From Nostoc sp. (lineage in GTDB: Bacteria; Cyanobacteriota; Cyanobacteriia; Cyanobacteriales; Nostocaceae), in assembly GCF_036917465.1 (NCBI RefSeq), contig NZ_JBALDL010000073.1, positions 42 to 64,041 of the forward strand: DNA of 64,000 nt, given 5' to 3'. Each line of letters opens with the position of its first letter. Position 1 is the stretch's first letter. A program made the position numbers and the translations under genes. Positions 28,110-36,433 of the stretch are shown piece by piece. A model generated the notes under the pieces. That model was not told where the DNA came from. It saw only the letters and a program-made list of their open reading frames with translations, and ran no database searches.

Positions 28110-30701
28110 TTACATAACCTCAGTTAGAGAAGACTGCAACAACTGTCGCATGGATGTAGCTTGCACATGGTCAGGGAAGACAGTTAAAAAGTCATTCAGG
28201 TCTTGGACTGCTATACGGATACGCTCTAAGGAAGCACCTTGAGATATGGTATGCCGATATAACTGCTCTGCTGGTTGATTATATTGAGCAGCCAAATAAT
28301 AAAGAGCTAAGTTAAAGCTATTACGCCAGTTTTTAGAATCTTTTTCGTAATACTCTTTAGCAAGCTTCATAGCAAGCGCCAAGTCAGCCCGTGCTTTGTC
28401 TGGTTGGTTAAGGGCTAGGTAAGTTAAAGCTCGCTCATACAAATACCAATCATCTTGGTAATTTCGGCTAAGTACAATAGTGTGGTCTAAATATTGCGGT
28501 GCTTCATGGTAGCGCTGCATTCGTTGGTAAATAAAACCCCTAAATCCCGTGGCTGGTGTCCATTGGAAATTACCGTCAAGTTCAATGGCACGGTTAAAGT
28601 CTTCCAATGCCTCATTATAGAGTTGCATATAGCGATAAGTATCACCTCTACTGCCAATCGCCCATTGATAATTCGGGTCAATTTTAATGGCGCGGTTTAA
28701 GTCTTGCAGTGATTCTGAGTAACGCTGCATAAAGCGGTAAGTTACACCTCTATGTGCTAGCGCCCATTGGTCATTAGGGTCAAGTTGAATGGCGCGGTTT
28801 AAGTCTTGCAGTGCTTCTTGGTAGCGTTTCATTAGGCGGTAAGCGATACCCCGAGTGGCGATCGCCCATTGATAATTTGGGTTAAGCTCAATAACACAGT
28901 TAAAGTCTAGTAGTGCTTCTTGGTAGCGCTGCATTTGGCAGTAAGTAATACCTCGAACTGTTAAATATTCAACTTCTTCAGGTACTAACTTTGTCGCCTG
29001 GGTTAAATCTTCCAAAGCTTTTGAGTATTGATTAGATTGAGAGTAAATATAACTACGCCAATCTAACGCTACTGCACGCCATTTGTCCTCAAGACTAGCA
29101 TCACTTAACAGTGTTGTGAGCATTTCAGCCGCAGCTTCATAACGTTTGTCTTCATAGGCTTTTAACCAATTGGCTAGTTGCTCACCCCAACGTTGAACTT
29201 CAGCAGAATCGACATCTTTACCAGCCTGAAGCATTGTTGCTGCCCAAAATTGGGCAAAAGTTAGTTGATTTTTGAGAGCAGCAAGGAATTCATTGAGAGC
29301 TATAGGTAAGTACTTTTGTGGTGATTGGCATAAGCGGTGATACAAAACGTTGAGCTTATGACTTTGCCAAGTTTGATCTCCCCAGGCTTTGATTTCATCC
29401 AATTGCAGATCATTTCGCAAGCTGTCATAATATTCTGCCAATTTGCTATGCAGATCAGCCCAACCTTGCGGCGATGAAAGACGCTTGTGGCGTAACATTT
29501 GCGTTTTAACCACATCATGATAAGCCCACCCGTCAGTACGTTCGTTAACAAAAGATGTTTCTTTTAACCAATTAAATAGCTCATCTGCTTCTTTTTCTCC
29601 TCTCAACTTGGCTATAACATCCCGATTCAAACACCGAGGAATGGCAGCATCAAGAGCAACTTGTCGCCGTTTGGGGTCATCAATCCATTTTAAAAAGCGT
29701 TCTACAGCACTGCTGCTAGGTTCAAATACTTGGTTTGGGTCATTGGGATGAGCATCTGCTAGCATTCCCACTAGCAGGGGTAAGTTTCCAGAAAGGCGCA
29801 AAATCACTTCAATAATGCGGTTGTCTGTAATGCCTTTGCGAGTTAGATATTGTTGGGCTTCTTCTTCTGTAAACGGTTCCAGAGGAAAACGAACTATTAA
29901 CCCTTCGTAAGGTGTCCAATGATTTTTATCTAATTCTTGGCGACCGGCGATAGTTATCAATATATTGAGAGATACTTCACCGTGGCGACCATCCAGAATC
30001 TCTCGCAGCCAGTTATCTAGAAATTCTCCAGTGCGTTCATAAGTATCAAAGAACAAAACAACAGCAGTTTTTTCGGCAATTTTAAAAATATCTTGCAAAA
30101 ATAACGGAGTCAGGACTTCTAGTGGTTCTTGAACTAAGCGCACCTCATCTTTATTTGTGATTTTCTTAGCAACATAAGATGCCCATTCTCCGGCTTGGGT
30201 AGCAAAAGCATCCTCATCTACAAAATCAAATACAGCACCACCAACGGGAACACGACGCGCTAAACGCACACCTGTTTTAAAGACGGTTTTGCCTACGAAA
30301 GCGGAAAAACCTTGGGGAGCATCTGGATCGGTTTCTAATTCTTGACGCTTTTGGCGGTAAACTTTGTAGCGTTCTGTAAACTGCGTTAGTTTGTGACCTT
30401 GCCGTTCTAACTCTTCAGCTAGACGACCCATGACTTCTGGTATAGTTTTTTCAGCTTCATCAATGTAAGCGGAGATAATTTTTGCTTCTTCAGCAATTTT
30501 CCGAAATTGTCGTAACAGAGTACTTTTGCCAACTCCACCTTGACCCCAAACGTTATACAAAAAACGACGGCGAGTGTCTTGTACATGCAATGCCAGATTT
30601 TGGCGAAATTGATTGGTTTGGTCTTCACGACCCACAAAACCTAATTGCTGTCGTTGCTTAATAATATCTTGTAGGTTCTTGGGCTTGTTTTGTGGGTTCA
30701 T
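28110..30701 (-). CDS. STAND/AAA ATPase with C-terminal TPR array (NLR-like architecture, no N-terminal effector)
   Basis: FVGRE, Walker A GQGGVGKST, Walker B VVLFFDTYE, GNLPLL, YHDVV, then about 6-7 TPRs (WAIATRGIAYRLMKRYQEALQDLNRAIQLDP). ATG at 30701 (track start TTG 30713). Confidence 0.9.
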   Translation of the reverse strand: MNPQNKPKNLQDIIKQRQQLGFVGREDQTNQFRQNLALHVQDTRRRFLYNVWGQGGVGKSTLLRQFRKIAEEAKIISAYIDEAEKTIPEVMGRLAEELERQGHKLTQFTERYKVYRQKRQELETDPDAPQGFSAFVGKTVFKTGVRLARRVPVGGAVFDFVDEDAFATQAGEWASYVAKKITNKDEVRLVQEPLEVLTPLFLQDIFKIAEKTAVVLFFDTYERTGEFLDNWLREILDGRHGEVSLNILITIAGRQELDKNHWTPYEGLIVRFPLEPFTEEEAQQYLTRKGITDNRIIEVILRLSGNLPLLVGMLADAHPNDPNQVFEPSSSAVERFLKWIDDPKRRQVALDAAIPRCLNRDVIAKLRGEKEADELFNWLKETSFVNERTDGWAYHDVVKTQMLRHKRLSSPQGWADLHSKLAEYYDSLRNDLQLDEIKAWGDQTWQSHKLNVLYHRLCQSPQKYLPIALNEFLAALKNQLTFAQFWAATMLQAGKDVDSAEVQRWGEQLANWLKAYEDKRYEAAAEMLTTLLSDASLEDKWRAVALDWRSYIYSQSNQYSKALEDLTQATKLVPEEVEYLTVRGITYCQMQRYQEALLDFNCVIELNPNYQWAIATRGIAYRLMKRYQEALQDLNRAIQLDPNDQWALAHRGVTYRFMQRYSESLQDLNRAIKIDPNYQWAIGSRGDTYRYMQLYNEALEDFNRAIELDGNFQWTPATGFRGFIYQRMQRYHEAPQYLDHTIVLSRNYQDDWYLYERALTYLALNQPDKARADLALAMKLAKEYYEKDSKNWRNSFNLALYYLAAQYNQPAEQLYRHTISQGASLERIRIAVQDLNDFLTVFPDHVQATSMRQLLQSSLTEVM

Positions 30702-30803
30702 TACAAGATTCAATTTTAAGATGCTAATGCTTACAGAATAACTACTAAATATACAAAGTGTATTTTGAAATTTATGAAATTTTTTGGGGTAATTTATTAT
30801 GAA

Positions 30804-31034
30804 TTGACCTTATGAGGCTCGATGTTGACCTTTTGAGGCTCAATGTTGACCTTCGGAGGCTCGACGTTGACCTTCTGAGGTTCAATGTTGACCTTCGGAG
30901 GGTCGACGTTGACCTTCTGAGGCTCGATGTTGACCTTCTGAGGCTCGATGTTGACCTTCTGAGGCTCGACGTTGACCTTTTGAGGCTTAACGTTGACCTT
31001 CTGAGGCTCGGCGTTGACCTTCTGAGGCTCAAAA
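30804..31034. repeat. 21-bp tandem repeat array, 11 units (array 3)
   Basis: Consensus TTGACCTTCTGAGGCTCGA(T/C)G; ~100 bp upstream of the full-length ATPase. Confidence 0.92.
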
Positions 31035-31077
31035 ATGCCTTGGCGACTTAGCGCTTATCGCTGGAGTCTAATATGGA

Positions 31078-31163
31078 TCTAACCCCCAGCCCCTTCCCTA
31101 CAAGGGAAGGGGAGTAAGATTTAAAGCCTCTCGCCTTGTAGGGGAGAGGTTTGGAGAGAGGTC
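31078..31163. repeat. GC-rich multi-hairpin dispersed repeat
   Basis: CCCCTTCCCTACAAGGGAAGGGG and CCTCTC...GAGAGG hairpins; architecture similar to 13247-13331 and 22254-22315. Confidence 0.6.
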
Positions 31164-31346
31164 AAAGTCTATTTTAGATAAACGAGATGCGCTATAGAAA
31201 TCGCGGCTACACTAGACTTTACCCGCCTACGCGGGTTTCAAGAATCTTTGGATATAAAACGCGAAAAGGGCATAACATTGTTATGCCCCTACAAATTATG
31301 TGTATTTTAGTAAGTTTACAAGTGGTATGATTACCTGTTTTAAACT

Positions 31347-31820
31347 TTAGCTAACTGGGACTTCGGGTTGCTTTTTCTTAGAACGGCGGTTAAACCTGCG
31401 TCCCATCTCATCTATGACTCCATCTAAACCAGTGACATCACCGCTAGCTTTGGCATAGCTATAAACTGCTAATGCTGCTGCATAAGCTTCGCTGGCAGAG
31501 GCTATACAGGTATCATCTACCAGTTCTTGCAGTTGGGTTAGAGACAAAAACACTGGATACAACGATTCAAATAGCGCTAAATCTCGGCGCATCTCTTCTA
31601 AATCAAAAGAACGGGGCAAAAAGTTAGGATTCTGTGTCGCCACTTCTAAGGCTTTGCTGACGAAAGCCCGACTTTTATCTCCCATCTTCAACATTGTTCG
31701 CCGTTCTTCGGGGGTCAAATCAACCAAAAACGGTAACTTTTCTTTAATTGTAGCGATCGCTTGCATGACTGCTTCTTTATCGGCTGGGGATAAGGTGGCA
31801 CTGATGCGATTATCTGCCAT
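31347..31820 (-). CDS. 157-aa alpha-helical hypothetical protein
   Basis: GGAG SD 8 nt before ATG. MADNRISATLS...LPFLVDLTPEERRTMLKMGDKSRAFV..ALE...SEAY.AAL..Y looks like a real conserved protein, but I cannot assign a function. Confidence 0.85.
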   Translation of the reverse strand: MADNRISATLSPADKEAVMQAIATIKEKLPFLVDLTPEERRTMLKMGDKSRAFVSKALEVATQNPNFLPRSFDLEEMRRDLALFESLYPVFLSLTQLQELVDDTCIASASEAYAAALAVYSYAKASGDVTGLDGVIDEMGRRFNRRSKKKQPEVPVS

Positions 31821-31892
31821 TTTTAATACTCCTTTAGGGTACTTAATTTCAGTATTCCCAAAGTTATAGAGGCGATCGCTATTGTTAACTGA

Positions 31893-33605
31893 TTAATAAT
31901 GAGTTGCTGACTTGCGATGATGCACGGCTGTAATGCCGTCATTATCTAACAATTTGCCATTCTCGATAGTTGCATAAACTAGCCAATGGTCGCCAGATTC
32001 CATCCGGTTTTGTACGGAACATTCCAGATATGCTAAGGCATCGGTAAGTATGGGAGAACCGTTTTCAGCAACTTCTGCGGCGATATCGGCAAATCGGTCT
32101 TGTCCTGGGCCGAAGGGTTTGAGGAAGTGCTTCATTAATCCCAAATGATTCCCTTCTTTAAGGATATTGAGGACAAATTTGTTTCCTGTGTGCGTCAGTG
32201 TTTCTACTGCCCGCTCTTTAGCGACGGCTATAGTTAAACCAGGGGGATTAAAGCTAGCTTGAGCTACCCAGGAGGCTAACATGGCACTGGAGCGATCGCC
32301 TTCTTTTGCTGTCATAACGCACAAAGAACCGACAATCCGACCAACTGCTTGTTCTACAGTAGTAGCAGGTTGACTTGGCAATCGAACTTTTCTAGCTTTT
32401 TTCAATGCTTGGGCAAAGTCAGTTCCGGCTTCTTCACACAATTGTAAAGTGGCATCGTCGGGTTTGAATTTTACGCGGATGGTATCAAAACCAAACCGAT
32501 AGCCAGCATCTTTTAATTTAGCTTCAATTAAATCAACCGCTTCCCCACTCCAGCCAAAGGAACCAAAAACACCAGTAAGTTTATTATTAGTCGCGGTAGA
32601 TAACACAATTCCTAAGGCTGTTTGCACGGGTGTAGGTGCATGACCGCCGAGAGTTGGAGAACCGATGATGAAACCACCGGCTTTTTCCACAGCCGCCCGG
32701 ATTTCTTCTGGTTCGGTAAATTCGCAGTTAATCGATTCTACAGCAACGCCAGCTTTGGTGATGCCACGAGCGATCGCTTGGGCTAATGTGGCTGTATTTC
32801 CATAAGCTGATGCATAAATTAACGCCACTGTCAAATCAGCAGATGTTTGCTGTTGACTCCATTCTCGGTAAGCTTTGGTCAATTCAATTAAGCCATAACG
32901 CACCAAAGGCCCGTGTCCAGTGGCATACATTCGCACGGGAAAATCGGCTAGTTTATCCAACGCTGTTTCTACTTGACGGGCGTGGGGAGCCATGAGGCAA
33001 TCAAAATAATAGCGCCGATCTTCGTTATATACTTCCCAACCTTCATCAAATACCTGATCTCCACAAACATGCGCCCCAAATAACTTATCTGTGTACAGAA
33101 CTTCTGTTTGCGGATCGTAGGTGCAAAGTTGATCTGCATAGCGCGGGTTAGGGGTGGGAATAAATTGTAAATTATGCCCGTTACCCAAATCTAGGATTTC
33201 TTCGCCCCGCATGACCAGAATTTGCAAATCTGGATTTTCCAGCGCACTACGTAAATTTATCGCCCCTGGATTAGAACAGACAAAGGTAATTTGCGGAGCA
33301 ATTTCTAATAAAGCTTTTAAAGTTGCAGCGCGGTTAGGATTTATGTGTCCCAAAATTACATAATCTAAGTCTTCCAGATGGAAACGCTGCTGTAAGGCTT
33401 CTAAATAAATGTCCGTAAACGTTTCCCCTGGAGGGTCAATGATGGCAGTTTTATCGCTTTCGATTAAATAAGAGTTAGCTGTTGTACCCTTAGCAAGAGC
33501 ATATTCAATTTCAAATCTGAGCCTTGACCAACTGCGCGATCGCAGTATTCTTGTATCTGTCGCTATTGGATAAACTTGAACATCACGGGGTTTATTTGTT
33601 GACAT
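31893..33605 (-). CDS. flv1: Flavodiiron protein Flv1 (non-canonical iron site)
   Basis: Beta-lactamase-like, flavodoxin (YASAYGNT) and flavin-reductase domains. GHINPNR replaces the canonical HTEPDH. A versus B paralog not certain. Confidence 0.9.
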   Translation of the reverse strand: MSTNKPRDVQVYPIATDTRILRSRSWSRLRFEIEYALAKGTTANSYLIESDKTAIIDPPGETFTDIYLEALQQRFHLEDLDYVILGHINPNRAATLKALLEIAPQITFVCSNPGAINLRSALENPDLQILVMRGEEILDLGNGHNLQFIPTPNPRYADQLCTYDPQTEVLYTDKLFGAHVCGDQVFDEGWEVYNEDRRYYFDCLMAPHARQVETALDKLADFPVRMYATGHGPLVRYGLIELTKAYREWSQQQTSADLTVALIYASAYGNTATLAQAIARGITKAGVAVESINCEFTEPEEIRAAVEKAGGFIIGSPTLGGHAPTPVQTALGIVLSTATNNKLTGVFGSFGWSGEAVDLIEAKLKDAGYRFGFDTIRVKFKPDDATLQLCEEAGTDFAQALKKARKVRLPSQPATTVEQAVGRIVGSLCVMTAKEGDRSSAMLASWVAQASFNPPGLTIAVAKERAVETLTHTGNKFVLNILKEGNHLGLMKHFLKPFGPGQDRFADIAAEVAENGSPILTDALAYLECSVQNRMESGDHWLVYATIENGKLLDNDGITAVHHRKSATHY

Positions 33606-33611
33606 AGCTTT

Positions 33612-33760
33612 ATGGGGGATTGGGTACTGGTGATTGGGGATTGGGGATTGGGTACTGGTGATTGGGGACTGGGGATTGGGTATTTAGAAAACTTTTCCCC
33701 AGTTCCTAGTCCTCAGTTCCTAGTCCCTAGTCCCCTCCCTAGTTCCTAGTCCCCCAGTCC
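33612..33760. repeat. Composite STRR1 element (two heptamer arms around a fixed core)
   Basis: (GGGGATT/TGGGTAC)n - GGGTATTTAGAAAACTTTTCCCC - (CCTAGTC)n. Confidence 0.8.
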
Positions 33761-35485
33761 CTAATAGTGGTTTCCAACTTTGCGATGATGTACAGCAGTT
33801 AAAGCATCGGGTTTAGAAACTCGTCCGGCGTAAACGGTGCTGTATACTGCCCAATGATCGCCGCAATCCATTCTACTGACGACTTCGCACTCCATGTAGG
33901 CGAGGGCATCGTTGAGGATCGGCGCACCATTTTCGGCTGGCTGGGTTCTCACACCTTGAAAGCGATCGGCACCAGGGGCGAATCGTTTCAAAAAGTGCTT
34001 CATAAGTGGTTGGAAATTGCCTTCTTCTAAGATGTTGAGAACAAAGCGATCGCCTACTTGCATGAGTGATTCAATTGCCCGATCTTTGGCGACTGCAATG
34101 GAAAATCCCAAGGGTTTGAAGCTGGATTGAGCAACCCAGGAGGCTAACATGGCACTGGATACATCACCTTTTTTGGCAGTAATAATATAGAGTCCGCCGC
34201 TAAGTCTACCAAGGGCTTTATCTAAGTCAGCACCAAGGGATTTCATCGCTTTGATGCTGCGATCGCGTGTTACCCATTGAGCTAAGTCTGTACCTGCTTC
34301 TTCACACAACTTGTAGGTATTTTCTGTAGGCGCTTCTTTAATCCGAATCGCTGGAAAAACTGTTGCCAAACCCAAATTACGGAATTTACTCACTAAAGGA
34401 TCTATCGGCTCATCATCGCCACCGCCACTTTCAAACACGCCGATGGCTTGCTTTTCTTTGGCAGATCCTAAAACTGTGCTGAGTGCAGATTGGATACTCG
34501 CAGCCCCAGAAGCCGGAGGTAGACCAACGATTAGTCCAGCACATCGGCTTACTAGTTCCCGCAGTTCTTGTAAATCGACTTCAGATCCCAAATCGACAAT
34601 TTCCACGGCGACACCGGTTTTACCGATACCGTTGGCAATTGCTTGGGCGAGGCGATCGCTATATCCGTATTCGGAAACGTAAAATATCCCAATTATGGTT
34701 TCTGGCTTGGCTTGGGCTTGACTCCAAGCGCGGTAACGTCCAACTAATTCCTGAACATTGTGAGATAATAATGGGCCGTGTCCTGTGGCAATCATACTGA
34801 TGGTTTTCAGTTCCGCCATGCGTTTAAGGGCAGACAAAACTGACCGAGCATTCGGCCCCATCAAGCAATCGTAGTAGTAATGAAAATCTTCTTCGATCGC
34901 TGCTAAGTCTTCATCAAAGGTGCTATCTGAGCAATAGTGCAACCCAAAAGCGTCGCAGGTGTAGAGAGTTTTGGTTTTGTGGTCGAAGCTGAAAATGGTA
35001 TCCGGCCAATGTAAATTTGGGGCAATCACGAATTCAAATTCATGACCATTGCCCAAATCTAAGCGATCGCCATTTTTCACAATCCGCCGTTTGAATGGCT
35101 GATGTACGAAATCCTCAAGAAACTGAATCGCCACCTTAGAACCGACAACAGTAATTTCTGGAGCTATTTGCAGCAAATCTTTAACTAAACCGCTATGGTC
35201 TGGCTCGGTATGGCTGATAATTAAATAATCAATATCTGTTGGCTTGATTAGTCCAGTGAGCGTATCAAAATATAGTTGACGAAACTTTTCGTGAGAGGTA
35301 TCAACTAAGGCTGTCTGCTCCCCACGAATAAGAAACGAGTTATAAGTAGTACCGTTTTGCAACCCAAACTCAATATCGAAGCGATCGCGATCCCAGTCCA
35401 AAGAGCGAATAGCCGTCGTCTCTTGACCGATTTCCACAGTCTGTATGGTGAGCCGTTTTTCAGTTTTTTCGGTGAGCGCTACCAT
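33761..35485 (-). CDS. flv3: Flavodiiron protein Flv3
   Basis: FGLQNGTTYNS, SHTEPDHSG, PNLHWPDT, CDAFGLH, GHGP canonical diiron ligands, plus flavodoxin and reductase domains. Confidence 0.92.
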   Translation of the reverse strand: MVALTEKTEKRLTIQTVEIGQETTAIRSLDWDRDRFDIEFGLQNGTTYNSFLIRGEQTALVDTSHEKFRQLYFDTLTGLIKPTDIDYLIISHTEPDHSGLVKDLLQIAPEITVVGSKVAIQFLEDFVHQPFKRRIVKNGDRLDLGNGHEFEFVIAPNLHWPDTIFSFDHKTKTLYTCDAFGLHYCSDSTFDEDLAAIEEDFHYYYDCLMGPNARSVLSALKRMAELKTISMIATGHGPLLSHNVQELVGRYRAWSQAQAKPETIIGIFYVSEYGYSDRLAQAIANGIGKTGVAVEIVDLGSEVDLQELRELVSRCAGLIVGLPPASGAASIQSALSTVLGSAKEKQAIGVFESGGGDDEPIDPLVSKFRNLGLATVFPAIRIKEAPTENTYKLCEEAGTDLAQWVTRDRSIKAMKSLGADLDKALGRLSGGLYIITAKKGDVSSAMLASWVAQSSFKPLGFSIAVAKDRAIESLMQVGDRFVLNILEEGNFQPLMKHFLKRFAPGADRFQGVRTQPAENGAPILNDALAYMECEVVSRMDCGDHWAVYSTVYAGRVSKPDALTAVHHRKVGNHY

Positions 35486-35594
35486 AACTCCCTCCTTGAT
35501 ACAATGAGTATTTGTTCCTCTAGGTTTATTGTTACACGGGATGAATGTTAATTTTTATTAAAAAACATATAACTAACTTAAAAAAGTTAAAAGT

Positions 35595-36404
35595 GTGAAA
35601 CCGCAGAGGCACAGAGAGGAAATTTGGCTAGGGTTGGAAATTGGTAATTCCCGACTGCATTGGGCGTTGTTTGTTGGCGAGACACTTTACTTAGCTTGGG
35701 ATACTGACTATCTTCCTGAGTCTGTTGTACAACAGTTGGCTGAATGTCAAACCCTGAATGATTTACTAGAGAAAATTTTTCCACAAGGTGAATTTTTCAC
35801 AAACACTCTGCCCCTTTGCCGTCTTTTCGTCGCCTCCGTAGTTCCTAGTCAAACTGCTATTTGGCAAACTTACCCAAATACTCATGTTATTACATTAGAC
35901 CAAGTACCACTAAAAGGTGTTTATCCCACACTAGGAATTGACCGCGCTTTAGCTTTGTGGGGTGCGGGGAAAATGTGGGGTTTTCCCATGTTGGTAATTG
36001 ATGCTGGCACAGCGTTAACTTTTACAGCTGCGGATGCTAATGAGTCTCTAGTTGGAGGGGCAATTTTGCCGGGGCTAGGCTTACAATTTACAACTCTCAA
36101 TCAACAAACAGGACAATTACCATTAGTAGAAACGCGAGATTTTGTGTCTCTACCACCGCGTTTTGCTCTTAATACTACAGAAGCTATTCAAAGTGGAGTT
36201 ATTTACACATTAATAGCTGGGATTAAAGATTTTATTGAAGCGTGGTTGCAATTATTTACTAATGGGAAAATTGCGATTAAAGGGGGCGATCGCACTTTAT
36301 TAATGAACTATCTGCAAGCCTTATATCCTGAAATTGCGGCACATTTAATTTTGGAAGCAAATTTAGTTTTCTGGGGAATGTGTAAATTAGTAAAACTGCT
36401 CTAA
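35595..36404 (+). CDS. coaX: Type III pantothenate kinase
   Basis: [44 protein letters not shown]. Confidence 0.9.
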   Translation: MKPQRHREEIWLGLEIGNSRLHWALFVGETLYLAWDTDYLPESVVQQLAECQTLNDLLEKIFPQGEFFTNTLPLCRLFVASVVPSQTAIWQTYPNTHVITLDQVPLKGVYPTLGIDRALALWGAGKMWGFPMLVIDAGTALTFTAADANESLVGGAILPGLGLQFTTLNQQTGQLPLVETRDFVSLPPRFALNTTEAIQSGVIYTLIAGIKDFIEAWLQLFTNGKIAIKGGDRTLLMNYLQALYPEIAAHLILEANLVFWGMCKLVKLL

Positions 36405-36433
36405 GTTAGACCCAGAGCAGCTTAGATTTATTA

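Noticed and set aside
28110-30713. Assigning the ATPase-TPR to a named Avs type
   Set aside because: No N-terminal nuclease, TIR, SIR2 or protease effector is present, and I cannot run profile searches.
12882-31034. 21-bp arrays as CRISPR arrays
   Set aside because: Units are head-to-tail with no unique spacers, and there are no cas genes in the window.
30772-31051. Heptad ORFs over array 3 (MRLDVDLL..., MSLRRSTP...)
   Set aside because: These are by-products of a 21-bp period. The ATG comes from a single variant unit, the equivalent frame in array 2 has no start, and the minus-strand repeat frames are not continuous with the ATPase (in-frame TAA at 30810-30812).
31893-33605. Flv1 lacking the canonical diiron ligands as a novelty or pseudogene
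   Set aside because: Non-canonical ligands are a known property of cyanobacterial Flv1/Flv2 proteins.
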